A stretch of 62,259 nucleotides of DNA from a virus (IMGVR_UViG_3300025127_007337:1-62259), one strand, 5' to 3'. Positions 34,541 through 45,111 are shown, counted from the stretch's first letter. Numbers and translations are program-made. The notes: a model not told the origin generated them from the sequence alone.

Positions 34541-35440
34541 ATGAAAAAATTAAATGCCTGCATCAGTGTGATATCGTCTAGAACAAAATGTTTAAAACCC
34601 TGCTTAAAGTCTTTATGGGATAAGTATAATTATAAACACGATTATCCTGTTTATGTGTATTATTTTGATGACATTTACGATTCAGAAAAGATTAGAAATG
34701 ATATAACAAGTACATGTACTCAAAATGTCACATTTAAATCTATCCCTTACAAAACACCAGATTTTTTAAAAGAAGAAGATTTGTTTTATAATAGAAAAGA
34801 TAATTGGTATGCTAGAACTAGATTTCCAATAAATAGAAAAGGGTATTTGCATATGTGTCATTTTATGAGCAATTTTTATGGATACCCAAACACTGATTTT
34901 GAAAAATATGATTATGCTATGAGCATTGATGATGAATCTGCGTTTGTAGAAGAAATGCCTTATGATCCGTTTCAGATTATGAAAAATCGAACTGAAATGA
35001 TAGGAGCACTTAAAATAACAGACCAAACAAAGAAAAAACCACATCAAGGTAATTTTGACACGAGAGTTCACCTTTGGGACGTTACGAAAAAATTTATTGA
35101 ACACTATGGGATAATACCAAGTTCAAGTTTTATGAAAGATCTTCTAGAAGACCCAGAAGCAGATAAAAATTTTCATCTTTACCCAGCAGCTGATTCTTAT
35201 GTGATTAAATTAGATGTTTTTAAAACAAAACAGTGGAAAATGTGGATAAATGCTGTTAATTCATTTGGTGGAATTTATAAATATCGTTGGGGAGACAACG
35301 ATGTTATCAGTATCTTTTATTTAATTTTCTTTAAAGATAATATTTATGATTTAAAAACTGTTGATGATGGATATCACGTTCAAAATGCTCTAAGGCACTT
35401 ACAAGATTATGCACCTGGAGTAAAGGACAATTCTAAATGA
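34541..35440 (+). CDS. GT15 (Kre2/Mnt1-like) mannosyltransferase
   Basis: GYLHMCHF, YDPF, GGIYKYRWGD. Confidence 0.8.
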   Translation: MKKLNACISVISSRTKCLKPCLKSLWDKYNYKHDYPVYVYYFDDIYDSEKIRNDITSTCTQNVTFKSIPYKTPDFLKEEDLFYNRKDNWYARTRFPINRKGYLHMCHFMSNFYGYPNTDFEKYDYAMSIDDESAFVEEMPYDPFQIMKNRTEMIGALKITDQTKKKPHQGNFDTRVHLWDVTKKFIEHYGIIPSSSFMKDLLEDPEADKNFHLYPAADSYVIKLDVFKTKQWKMWINAVNSFGGIYKYRWGDNDVISIFYLIFFKDNIYDLKTVDDGYHVQNALRHLQDYAPGVKDNSK

Positions 35441-36384
35441 AGATTTTATACATAGATAACGGAAACAGACTATCAGAAAATTACACTTATAGATATTACG
35501 GTGATCTATATAGAGAACTATGTAAACTTTGTGAAGTTGATTTGTTCCAAGGGATTCCAAAAAGCATAGAAGAATTAACTAAAAGCAAGAACTACGATTG
35601 TATAATATTTGGATTAGGATATTTTTCAGAAAGAAACCCAAAAGCATATCAAGAGATACCTGGCTTAAAAGAGTGTAAAATACCTGTTGTTTGTAACATA
35701 CATAAACAACTTATAATGTTAAAAGAAAAGCTGTATTTTTGTAAAATAAATAATATAGATCTATTTGCTGATGCTCATATTACTTATAAACAATGGGGAG
35801 AACTTTTAGGCTGTTCTTCTACTAGAATTTGGCTATCTGCTGATCCTACCTACTTTTATGATAGAAAAGAAGAAAAAATATATGATGTTGGGTTTAGCGG
35901 CGCTTCTCATGGAGATGGAAAAATACAAGGAGAAACAGCTGACCTTAGAGACAGAATTTATGATATTATAAAGAATAAAGAATTAAACTTATTTTGGAAT
36001 AGACAAACTAAGGCATCAGATAGAATTAAATCCATAGACGAATATGCTTCATTAATTAATAAAAGCAAGATATGGATCGCCACAACAGGCCCATATTTGG
36101 ATGTTAGTCCAAGATACTTTGAAGTTATATTGTCCAAAACTTTACTTTTTTGCAATAACATGCCAAAGCAATACGAAGATATGTTTATTGATGGTGTTAA
36201 CTGTGTTACGTATAAAAATGATCTTTCTGATTTTGAAGAAAAATTAGATTTTTATTTGACAAATCCAGATAAAGCTGGTATAATAGTAGAAAACGCATAT
36301 AATACTTTTTTTAACAACTATACAAACAAACATATGTGTGTTAAATTGTTGAATGAAATTAATAAAATAATAGAGTCGAGGTAA
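35437..36384 (+). CDS. CgeB-like GT-B glycosyltransferase
   Basis: YDVGFSG, SKI, PRYFE, FIDG..CV.Y. Confidence 0.8.
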   Translation: MKILYIDNGNRLSENYTYRYYGDLYRELCKLCEVDLFQGIPKSIEELTKSKNYDCIIFGLGYFSERNPKAYQEIPGLKECKIPVVCNIHKQLIMLKEKLYFCKINNIDLFADAHITYKQWGELLGCSSTRIWLSADPTYFYDRKEEKIYDVGFSGASHGDGKIQGETADLRDRIYDIIKNKELNLFWNRQTKASDRIKSIDEYASLINKSKIWIATTGPYLDVSPRYFEVILSKTLLFCNNMPKQYEDMFIDGVNCVTYKNDLSDFEEKLDFYLTNPDKAGIIVENAYNTFFNNYTNKHMCVKLLNEINKIIESR

Positions 36385-36386
36385 AT

Positions 36387-36980
36387 ATGTCTTTTAAAGT
36401 AATAGCAGATTTTGAGAAAGCAATAGCATCTTTCTTTGGAGCACCGCATGCAGTAGCAGTAGATTGCTGCACACACGGAATTGAACTTTGCTTGAGAATG
36501 AAACAAGTTAAAAAGATAAAAGTTCCAAAAAGAACTTATCTGTCTGTTCCTATGTTAGCTAACAAGCTTGATATTGATCTAGAATGGACCGATCAAATAT
36601 GGCAAGATTACTACCACCTAACCAATGATATAATCGATGCTGCTGTCTTATGGAGAGAGGGTAGCTATATACCTAATACATACATGAGTGTTAGCTTTCA
36701 ATTTAGAAAACACTTAAGTCTTGGTAGAGGCGGGGTTATATTATTTGATAAACATGAAGATTTTGATACCTTGAAAAGAATGTCTTATGACGGTAGAAAC
36801 CCAGATGAATCTTGGTCTGTTCAGAACATAAAAACAATGGGTTATCACTATTATATGACTCCTGAAACAGCTGAGCTAGGTTTGCAAAAACTTGATGAAG
36901 CAATCAAAAGAAAGCCAAAACAATGGACATATACAGACTGGCCAGATTTAACAACAATGGATTTTTTTAATGAAAAGTAA
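36387..36980 (+). CDS. Compact DegT/DnrJ-like aminotransferase
   Basis: FEKAIA.FFG, AVDCCT, IDAA, SFQFRKHL..GRGG, GYHYYM. Confidence 0.8.
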   Translation: MSFKVIADFEKAIASFFGAPHAVAVDCCTHGIELCLRMKQVKKIKVPKRTYLSVPMLANKLDIDLEWTDQIWQDYYHLTNDIIDAAVLWREGSYIPNTYMSVSFQFRKHLSLGRGGVILFDKHEDFDTLKRMSYDGRNPDESWSVQNIKTMGYHYYMTPETAELGLQKLDEAIKRKPKQWTYTDWPDLTTMDFFNEK

Positions 36981-37515
36981 AAATATAAACCATGGAATAG
37001 ATTTCTATATGCATGATGATGTTTCTATACGTTGCTTAGATACTGCACAATTTGGAAATCATGTAGCTATAGATAAAGGATTTTACTGCACCACTGAACT
37101 ATCAGTTGGTAGTTACGTCCATATAGGTCCTTATGTTAGTATAATAGGAAGTCCACAATCCAAAATGATAATGCAAGACTTTTCTTTCATTTCTGTTGGA
37201 ACTAAAGTAATAGCAGGATCTGATGATTATTCTGCGTCTTGCTTAATGGGCCCACTAGTGCCAAAAAAATATAAAACATTGATATTGACAACTATAAAGT
37301 TTGAAAAATATTCTGGTTGTGGTGCTAGTTGCACTATTTTACCCGGTGTTACTTTAGCAGAGGGATCTGTTGTTTGTGCTGGGTCTTTAGTTAATAAGAG
37401 TACAAAACCATGGACAATATATGCAGGCAACCCAGCTAGACCTATAGGCACAAGAGATAGTGAAAAAGTTCGATTACAAGAAAAATATATATTAGAGGAA
37501 AATAATGAAAAATAA
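36970..37515 (+). CDS. Left-handed beta-helix sugar acyltransferase
   Basis: Hexapeptide repeats; ILPGVT...AGNPAR. Confidence 0.9.
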   Translation: MKSKNINHGIDFYMHDDVSIRCLDTAQFGNHVAIDKGFYCTTELSVGSYVHIGPYVSIIGSPQSKMIMQDFSFISVGTKVIAGSDDYSASCLMGPLVPKKYKTLILTTIKFEKYSGCGASCTILPGVTLAEGSVVCAGSLVNKSTKPWTIYAGNPARPIGTRDSEKVRLQEKYILEENNEK

Positions 37516-37798
37516 AATAAAACTTTTAGTTGGTGAAGCATTAAGAGAAAACATAAAAGACAGTAGTCTTCTAGAAGAGTTAGATAAAGCAGGTGATTCT
37601 TTCAGAATAATCTCAAATGTAGACTCCCTAGATATGGTTTCTATATTAGTTGATTTAGAATCAAAAATACACGATGAACTAGGAATAAATATATTGATAA
37701 CCTCTGAAAGGGCTATGTCTACTAAAGGTCCTTTTTCTACTGTTCGAAGTCTAACAGATTTCACACACACTTTAATTGAAGAGGAAAATAGTGATTAA
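37505..37798 (+). CDS. Acyl carrier protein
   Basis: VDSLDMVSILVDLE (phosphopantetheine Ser); PFSTVRSL. Confidence 0.85.
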   Translation: MKNKIKLLVGEALRENIKDSSLLEELDKAGDSFRIISNVDSLDMVSILVDLESKIHDELGINILITSERAMSTKGPFSTVRSLTDFTHTLIEEENSD

Positions 37799-38486
37799 AG
37801 CAATTGTTATAACTGGGAGCTCTAAAGGAATTGGAAAATATCTATCAGAACAGCTACTAAAAGATGGATACTATGTCTATGGTTGTTCTAGAGGTGAATC
37901 CACAATTGATCATAAAAACTATCACCATTTTGAGGTAAATTTGAATTGTGAAAAATCTATATTAAATATGTTTAGGGTTATAAGAAAGTCCAACAATCAG
38001 TTATATGGGCTCATAAATAACGCTGGAGTAGCTTCTATGAACCACGTAGTACTAACACCTACCTCAACTGTTGAGAAGCTGTTTAACATCAATTTTAGAG
38101 CTACGTTTGTATGTTCTAGAGAAGCATCTAAGATAATGAAAAACTTTAACACAGGTAGGATTATAAATTTTTCTACTATAGCTGTTCCTATTTCTTTAGA
38201 AGGAGAATCAGTCTATGCTGCGTCTAAAGCTGCTGTTGAAAGTTTTACTAAAACATTATCTAAAGAAGTGTCAAACTATGGTATAACTGTCAATTTAATT
38301 GGTCCGAATCCTATAAAAACAAATTTAATAAAGAATGTACAAGATAACAAGTTGAAAAAAGTAATAGATATGCAAACTATTAAAAGATTTGGAAAGTTTG
38401 AAGATGTTTTAAATATAGTAAATTTTTATTTAAGCAGAAACAGCGATATGATAACAGCTCAAAAGATTTATCTAGGCGGTGTCTAA
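37791..38486 (+). CDS. FabG-like short-chain dehydrogenase/reductase
   Basis: TGSSKGIG, NNAG, YAASK; GTG start after GAGG. Confidence 0.9.
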   Translation: MIKAIVITGSSKGIGKYLSEQLLKDGYYVYGCSRGESTIDHKNYHHFEVNLNCEKSILNMFRVIRKSNNQLYGLINNAGVASMNHVVLTPTSTVEKLFNINFRATFVCSREASKIMKNFNTGRIINFSTIAVPISLEGESVYAASKAAVESFTKTLSKEVSNYGITVNLIGPNPIKTNLIKNVQDNKLKKVIDMQTIKRFGKFEDVLNIVNFYLSRNSDMITAQKIYLGGV

Positions 38487-39841
38487 TGAATAATTATGAT
38501 ATATTCTACAACAAACTAATAGGCTTCAAACACAATGAAGCAATAATTGATGGCGACAAGCGATATACTTATGGTGATATAATAGATAGAATTAAGCACT
38601 ATGAAGATCTGTTGATGAAAAATAAAGTGCCTAATAATTCTTTAGTATCGATCTATGGCAACACTGGCTTTGAAACTATATGTATGTTTTTATGTTTGTG
38701 CAAGAATTTACACACAGTTATCCCAATATCAGAAATTTCTAAAAATAAAAAAGAAGAGTTTTTAACAATCTCAACTGCTGATTATTCAATAAACTTTTTC
38801 AAAAACAAGTTTAAAATAAATAACTTAAATTCAAGTAAAGAAAAACATGAATACTATAAAACTCTAAAAAATAGAAGAAACAGTGGATTGGTTGTTTTTT
38901 CTTCTGGGTCAACAGGAAAAAATAAAGCTGCTGTGCATGATTTAAATTTTATATTTGAAAAATTTACTGTTTCTAGAAAGAAAATGAGGGTTGTTTCGTT
39001 TTTACTTTTTGATCATCTTGGAGGTATAAACACTTTTTTATACACACTATCTAATGGTGGTTGCCTAATAATACCTAGAAATAGAAAAATTGAAAGCGTT
39101 TTAGAAAGCATACAGAAGTACAATGGGCAATTGTTGCCAACAAGCCCTTCTTTTATCAACATGATGTTGATGTCTGATAAAATAAGCTGTTACGATCTTT
39201 CTTCTCTTAAGGTTATATCTTATGGAACAGAACTCATGCACGAATATACTTTAAAGAAAATTTGTGAAGTTTTACCAAATGTTAAATTATTACAAACATA
39301 TGGACTTACAGAAATCGGAGTTCTAAGATCTAAATCACTTAATAATGATTCGTTGTGGGTAAAACTAGGAGGATCAGAGTTTGCCACTAGAGTTGTTAAG
39401 GGTAAGTTACAAATAAAGGGCAACTCCACAATGCTAGGCTATTTGAACCACACAAACCCTTTTACTGAAGATGGTTGGTTAATTACTGGTGACAACGTTG
39501 AAGTTAAAGGAGAATATTATAAAATACTAGGTCGTGATAGTGATATAATAAACGTTGGAGGTCAAAAAGTCTACCCAGCAGAGGTTGAGAATGTTATACT
39601 AAAACTAAAAAATATAACTGATGCCTCTGTGTTCTCTGAAAGTAATATTATTTTAGGAAACATAGTTTGTGTAAATGTTGTTTTGGAGACAAAAGAAGAG
39701 ATATCAAAACTTAAAAAAAGAATTAAACAAGAATGTTCTCAACAATTGGAAAAGTTTAAGATTCCAATGAAGATTAATATAGTTGAAAAAATTCAAAGTC
39801 ATAGATTCAAAAGAATGAGGAAAAACATAAATGAAAATTGA
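38486..39841 (+). CDS. AMP-binding acyl-CoA/acyl-ACP ligase
   Basis: FSSGSTGKNK, YGLTE, TGD, GR..INVGG.KVYP.EVE. Confidence 0.9.
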   Translation: MNNYDIFYNKLIGFKHNEAIIDGDKRYTYGDIIDRIKHYEDLLMKNKVPNNSLVSIYGNTGFETICMFLCLCKNLHTVIPISEISKNKKEEFLTISTADYSINFFKNKFKINNLNSSKEKHEYYKTLKNRRNSGLVVFSSGSTGKNKAAVHDLNFIFEKFTVSRKKMRVVSFLLFDHLGGINTFLYTLSNGGCLIIPRNRKIESVLESIQKYNGQLLPTSPSFINMMLMSDKISCYDLSSLKVISYGTELMHEYTLKKICEVLPNVKLLQTYGLTEIGVLRSKSLNNDSLWVKLGGSEFATRVVKGKLQIKGNSTMLGYLNHTNPFTEDGWLITGDNVEVKGEYYKILGRDSDIINVGGQKVYPAEVENVILKLKNITDASVFSESNIILGNIVCVNVVLETKEEISKLKKRIKQECSQQLEKFKIPMKINIVEKIQSHRFKRMRKNINEN

Positions 39842-40721
39842 TTATTTTAACAACAAATCAGCGACAAATATACCATGGGTAGAGTCCCCATTTTTTTATG
39901 ATATTGTTGAAAACCTAGCATTACCAAAAAAAGAAAAAGAAATGGCAACAAAGTATCATGAACAAGGCTATCTTGTAATAGATCTAGAATTAAAAGATGA
40001 GTTCATAGAAAACCTAATTACAGATGTTGAACATTATTTATCAATCAATCAAGCTAATAGGCAAAAGGAGTATGAGTATAATGAAAGTCCAAGACCATTT
40101 CAGTTATGGAAAAAAAGTAGTTTTGTAAAACAATTGGCTTTAAATAAAAAAATTTCTGAAACATTAGAATTTTTGTACGGAAGAAGATGCTTTCCTTTTT
40201 CAACAATTAATTTTTTAAAAGGTACTGAACAACCACTACACAGTGATACAATACATTTTCACTCTATCCCGCAGCTCTGGATGGTGGGTTCTTGGGTAGC
40301 TTTTGAGGATATGGACAAAGAAAACGGCGCTCTTAGAATAGTCCCAGGAAGTCACAAATGGGGAACTTTTGATTACAATATTCTAGGCTTGCCACACCCA
40401 GATGAAATTGAAGATGGATACAAAGTAAACTATTCCAAGTATGAGCATTTTGTTCGTAGCTTAATAAAGGCAAAAAAAGCAAAGGAAGTTACTGTTAATA
40501 TGAAAAAAGGACAAGCACTAATCTGGGCGGCAAACTTGTTACACGGCGGTTCTGACATAATAGATTCTAGTCGGACAAGAAAATCACAAGCTATTCATTA
40601 TTTTTTTGAAGGGTGTGATAAATATTATTCTCCAATGTTTTCTGTTCCTTATAGTGGTAAATACGCTGAAAAGTGGTGTGATATTGACAACAATATAACT
40701 AATTTTAAAGGAGATAAGTAA
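39831..40721 (+). CDS. PhyH-family 2-oxoglutarate/Fe(II) dioxygenase
   Basis: HSD (HxD), WVAFED, NGAL..VPGSH, LLHGG, R.S. Confidence 0.9.
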   Translation: MKIDYFNNKSATNIPWVESPFFYDIVENLALPKKEKEMATKYHEQGYLVIDLELKDEFIENLITDVEHYLSINQANRQKEYEYNESPRPFQLWKKSSFVKQLALNKKISETLEFLYGRRCFPFSTINFLKGTEQPLHSDTIHFHSIPQLWMVGSWVAFEDMDKENGALRIVPGSHKWGTFDYNILGLPHPDEIEDGYKVNYSKYEHFVRSLIKAKKAKEVTVNMKKGQALIWAANLLHGGSDIIDSSRTRKSQAIHYFFEGCDKYYSPMFSVPYSGKYAEKWCDIDNNITNFKGDK

Positions 40722-41638
40722 TGAAAATATTAATATTAGGATCAACAGGGTTTATTGGAAGTAATCTAAAAACTAGATTAGAAAAAGAAGGACACACTAT
40801 CTCTACTGCTGAGAGGTCTAGTGGTGTAGATATAAGAAACTATAGCGAAATAAATAACACTATTTACGAAGTAAAACCAGACATTATATATAATCTAGCT
40901 TCTCATGGTGGAAGCGTACACTATGTAAGAAACAATTCGGCAAATGTTTTTCAAGACAATGTGCTGATGGCAATTAATCTGTACAAGGCAATATCAGTAA
41001 TAGACACAAATATAAAGGTTATACAACCTTTCTCTAATTGCTCATACCCAGGAAAAAGTGATATTCAATATGAAACAGAATGGCTTGATGGCGATGTGCA
41101 TCCGTCAGTTTTTTCTTTTGGTAATTCAAAAAGATCAATATTTTATTTATCAGAATGTTACAAACAACAATACGGAATAAGATCAGTAAATATATTGTTT
41201 CCAAACACTTATGGACCTGGCGACTCTATAGACCCAAATCACACACATGCTCTAAATGGTATGGTTATAAGAATGCTAGAGGCTCAAAAAAGACAAGATA
41301 AGGATTTTGTTGTGTGGGGAACTGGATCTCCAATCAGAGAATGGGCTTACATAGATGATTTTATTGAAGTACTAGTGAGATGTTTGAATATCGAAGGGCA
41401 AGAGTATCCTGTAAACATGGGTCAAGAAAAAGGATATTCAATAGCTGAATCTGCTGGTTTGATTAAAAAAGCGTGTGGTTTTCAAGGTGATATAGTTTTT
41501 GATACAAAGTACAGAGATGGCGATCCCATCAAAGTTGTAAACGGAGATAAGTTTAAAAAATTATTTAAAAATTTCCAATTCTTTGATCATTATCAAGGAA
41601 TATTAAATACAGTAAAATATTATAAGGAGAAAAAATGA
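40721..41638 (+). CDS. GDP-L-fucose synthase-like epimerase/reductase
   Basis: GSTGFIG, SNCSYP, NTYGPGD, VWGTGSPIRE; Fcl-like, but Phe sits at the usual catalytic Tyr (FGNSK). Confidence 0.75.
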   Translation: MKILILGSTGFIGSNLKTRLEKEGHTISTAERSSGVDIRNYSEINNTIYEVKPDIIYNLASHGGSVHYVRNNSANVFQDNVLMAINLYKAISVIDTNIKVIQPFSNCSYPGKSDIQYETEWLDGDVHPSVFSFGNSKRSIFYLSECYKQQYGIRSVNILFPNTYGPGDSIDPNHTHALNGMVIRMLEAQKRQDKDFVVWGTGSPIREWAYIDDFIEVLVRCLNIEGQEYPVNMGQEKGYSIAESAGLIKKACGFQGDIVFDTKYRDGDPIKVVNGDKFKKLFKNFQFFDHYQGILNTVKYYKEKK

Positions 41639-42573
41639 AGAAAATATTAGTAACTGGTGGTGCTGGGTATGTTGGTACTACTTTAGTTCCAATGTTATTA
41701 GAGAAAGGTTATGAAGTAACTGTTATTGACAGCCTATTGTTTAGTAATGGGGATAGAATGATACCATTTTTAAACAGTTCAAAATTTAAATTTATCAAAG
41801 GAGATGTTAGAGATTTAAATCTTATGAGGCAGTTAATCATAGATAAAGATGTAGTTATACACTTAGCTGCGTATGTGGGGTTTCCGATATGTAGACTAAA
41901 AGGTCAAGAAGAATCTTATTCTTTGAATACAGATGCGACAAGAAAATTAACTGATATATTATCAGAAAACCAATATCTTCTATTTGGATCTACTGGGTCT
42001 AATTATGGCGAAGTTATTGGTCTTTGCACTGAAGATACGCCCTTAAACCCTTTATCTATCTATGGTAAGACTAAAACTGAGGCTGAAAGAATTGTTATGT
42101 CAAGAAAAAACTCAACAGCTTTCAGATTTGCAACAGCTTTTGGCATTTCTCCTAGGATGAGATTAGATTTATTAGTGAATGATTTAACATATAAAGCTAT
42201 TACTGAAGGCTATGCTGTCATATACGAATCACATTTTTTAAGAACTTTTATTCATATTAGAGATTTAGCTAGATCTTTTCTTTTTGCAATTGAAAATAAA
42301 GAAAAAATGATTGGCGAAGTTTATAATGTTGGGTCTAATAAGATGAATTATACTAAAAGACAAGTTTGCGAATTGATAAATAAAGAAATACCTGAAGCAT
42401 TTTTTCATCATGCTTCAATCAAGGAAGACCCAGATAAAAGAAATTATAAAGTCTCATATGACAAAATTAATTCTTTAGGATTTGAGGTTGAAGTGGACCT
42501 TATAACTGGTATTAGAGAAATAAAAGAAAGTGTTAAGCTTCTAGAACATAGCTTGAGGTACAGAAATGTCTAA
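41635..42573 (+). CDS. NAD-dependent epimerase/dehydratase
   Basis: TGGAGYVG, YGKTK, SPRMRLDLLVN. Confidence 0.9.
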   Translation: MKKILVTGGAGYVGTTLVPMLLEKGYEVTVIDSLLFSNGDRMIPFLNSSKFKFIKGDVRDLNLMRQLIIDKDVVIHLAAYVGFPICRLKGQEESYSLNTDATRKLTDILSENQYLLFGSTGSNYGEVIGLCTEDTPLNPLSIYGKTKTEAERIVMSRKNSTAFRFATAFGISPRMRLDLLVNDLTYKAITEGYAVIYESHFLRTFIHIRDLARSFLFAIENKEKMIGEVYNVGSNKMNYTKRQVCELINKEIPEAFFHHASIKEDPDKRNYKVSYDKINSLGFEVEVDLITGIREIKESVKLLEHSLRYRNV

Positions 42574-42868
42574 CAAACCTAGGAATTTTGATCAATATTA
42601 TGAGTATTATTTGTCCTTACACCAGAACAAATGGTGTAGAAGATTACACGTCCTTGGACAACTGTTTACAATTGCGTATATTATATTCAGTATAAAGACT
42701 AATTTATGGCTTCTAATAGCCTCTCCTTTTGTTGTTTATCCGTTTGCTTGGTCAGGACACTACTTCTTTGAAAAAAACGAACCAGCAGCCTTTAGCAACC
42801 CTTTATGGGCTAAGATGTGTGATTGGGTAATGTTGAAAGATATTGTTATAGGAAAAATAGAGTGGTAA
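42566..42868 (+). CDS. DUF962/Mpo1-like membrane protein
   Basis: YL.LHQ...RRLHVLG, FAWSGHYFFEKNEPAAF. Confidence 0.85.
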   Translation: MSNKPRNFDQYYEYYLSLHQNKWCRRLHVLGQLFTIAYIIFSIKTNLWLLIASPFVVYPFAWSGHYFFEKNEPAAFSNPLWAKMCDWVMLKDIVIGKIEW

Positions 42869-42869
42869 T

Positions 42870-43559
42870 ATGAATATTATGAAAAAATATAAAAAAAAGT
42901 TTAATATGTTTAAAGCTATAATAGGAAAAGATGATCCTATTATATTAGAGATAGGTGCACATTTTGGAGAAGATTCTATGAGGTTTGCAGAAGCTTTTCC
43001 CAAGGCAACAATACATTGCTTTGAACCTGATCCTAGGTGCATAGAGATATTTAAAAAACATGTAAAAAACGACAGAATCAAACTTCACGAAATAGCACTT
43101 TCAAGTGTCGAAGGTGAACTTGAATTTTATCAAAGCTACAATGATCAAGAATCTGAAACACCAGAAAAGTATGATTGGATCTCTGATGAAGATTATAAAG
43201 ACCTTAAGTTAGGAAATTCTGGATCGTCTTCATTAAAAAAAGGATATGATAAAAACCTAAAAGAGACAATAAGAGTCAAAGCCCTGACTTATGATAAATG
43301 GGCAGAAACTAATAATATCAATAATGTAGATCTAGCTTGGATAGACGTGCAAGGAGCAGAAAAAGAAGTCCTTGATGGTATGTCAAACAAAATAAAACAT
43401 ATAAAGTTGATGTGGATAGAATTTGGCGAGCTGCAATATGAAGGAGCCCTTACAAGAGAAGAGACAATCAAATACATGAAATCTAGAGGCTTCAAAACTA
43501 TTGAACACTTTTCTAGCAAAGGGTCTTCTGGAGATTTGCTTTTTAAGAGGTTAGATTGA
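42870..43559 (+). CDS. FkbM-family O-methyltransferase
   Basis: LEIGAHFG, FEPDP, WIDVQGAE. Confidence 0.9.
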   Translation: MNIMKKYKKKFNMFKAIIGKDDPIILEIGAHFGEDSMRFAEAFPKATIHCFEPDPRCIEIFKKHVKNDRIKLHEIALSSVEGELEFYQSYNDQESETPEKYDWISDEDYKDLKLGNSGSSSLKKGYDKNLKETIRVKALTYDKWAETNNINNVDLAWIDVQGAEKEVLDGMSNKIKHIKLMWIEFGELQYEGALTREETIKYMKSRGFKTIEHFSSKGSSGDLLFKRLD

Positions 43560-44278
43560 AAGCATTATATTTACACATTCCAAAAACAGGAGGCACTAGT
43601 ATCATGAAGGTACTAAGCCCACAAACTGATGTAATTGTTACAGAGGCACATCCTGTGTATAAAAGAAATCCAAAATACAATAAAAATTTTAATAAAGTGC
43701 TAAACTTTAAACTATCTAGAGCACAACATTTTTTAGAAGTATTGGGTCAAACACCTTATTCAAAGATGTGGAAAGTGGCAATAGTCAGAAACCCATGGGA
43801 TCGTTATGTATCGAATTGGAAGTGGCTAACTAGAAAAGAATCTGTATATCCGAAAAAAGGCTGGAAAGCCAGAGGTTGGCAAGGTGAAGATGGCAACGTA
43901 CCTTTTAGTAGTTTTGTGAAACAGGTGTCTTGGTGTTACGAAAATCAAACAACAATGCACGGATATCAACACGATAAGTGGCATATAAGAAATCAAATAG
44001 AGCATATAGTCGATTATAGTGGAAACATAATAGTTGATCATGTTGGAAGATTTGAAGATTTGGATAAAGAGTTTAAACTAATTTGCGATAAAATTGATGT
44101 AGATTTGGAGCTGCCTCATCTAAATCGTGTTGGACATTATTCTGGAGAGAAAGTGGAACATGAGCCTATTAAAATACATTATTCTGAGTACTACAATCAA
44201 GAGTTAGTTGATATTGTGGCCAATAGGTGTAAAAAAGATATAGATACGTTTAAATATGACTACAAGGAGAAAAAATGA
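43556..44278 (+). CDS. Carbohydrate sulfotransferase (Sulfotransfer_2)
   Basis: HIPKTGGTS (5'-PSB), VRNPWDRYVS (3'-PB), GRFEDL. Confidence 0.9.
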   Translation: MKALYLHIPKTGGTSIMKVLSPQTDVIVTEAHPVYKRNPKYNKNFNKVLNFKLSRAQHFLEVLGQTPYSKMWKVAIVRNPWDRYVSNWKWLTRKESVYPKKGWKARGWQGEDGNVPFSSFVKQVSWCYENQTTMHGYQHDKWHIRNQIEHIVDYSGNIIVDHVGRFEDLDKEFKLICDKIDVDLELPHLNRVGHYSGEKVEHEPIKIHYSEYYNQELVDIVANRCKKDIDTFKYDYKEKK

Positions 44279-45111
44279 AAGGAACAGTAGCAGTTAACCT
44301 AACTAATGGTTTTGGCAATAATATTTTTCAGTATACAGCAGCTAGATTACTTGCTGAGCATCTTGGTTCTGATTTAGTGTTATTACCACCAAGTAAAAAT
44401 TACTATGCCATTGAGGATCTAAAAAGTTTGGGTTTTGATTTTATTAGTAAAAAACTTAATAACCCTATTAATATTCTTGACAAGCACTATAATATGTGCT
44501 ACAATGATACTTTAAAAGGTAGAGATATCATACTATCTGGCTATTTTGAGGACTATACAATATACTTTGATAACTTAGAGAAGATTAGAGCTTGGTTTCC
44601 AAAAATAAAAAATAGAGAAGATAACAGCTTGGTTATACATATGAGAACAGGTGATCGATTATTTATGAAAAACGAATTTTACACAAAACCAAGAGCTAAA
44701 AATTATTTAGATGCAATACAAAAGTTTGACTTTGACAAGCTTCATATAGTAACAGATATGCCAAAATGGGATCACGTTACAGCTGATGAATTAAATAATA
44801 TGAAGTTTCACTTAAATGTGCCACAAAATGAAAGAGTTCCAATAGAAGAATCAGTAAGATTTTTTAATGAATTTATTGATGGTTTTAAAGAATATAACCC
44901 AATCATTAAAAAAAGAAGTATTGTAGGTGATTTTAACTTTATTAGAGCCTCTAGTAACATATTGTTTGAGCACGGAACTTTATCTTGGTGGGCAGCTGCT
45001 CTAAGTGATGCAAAAAAAGTTGGTGTATATGGTCCGTGGAGACCTTGGAAAGGCACAAAGAATAAAAATTTAAGTAACATACCTTTAAACAATTGGTTTA
45101 AATGGCAATAA
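44275..45111 (+). CDS. GT11 alpha-1,2-fucosyltransferase-like
   Basis: GFGNNIFQY, IHMRTGD, GTLSWWAA. Confidence 0.85.
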   Translation: MKGTVAVNLTNGFGNNIFQYTAARLLAEHLGSDLVLLPPSKNYYAIEDLKSLGFDFISKKLNNPINILDKHYNMCYNDTLKGRDIILSGYFEDYTIYFDNLEKIRAWFPKIKNREDNSLVIHMRTGDRLFMKNEFYTKPRAKNYLDAIQKFDFDKLHIVTDMPKWDHVTADELNNMKFHLNVPQNERVPIEESVRFFNEFIDGFKEYNPIIKKRSIVGDFNFIRASSNILFEHGTLSWWAAALSDAKKVGVYGPWRPWKGTKNKNLSNIPLNNWFKWQ

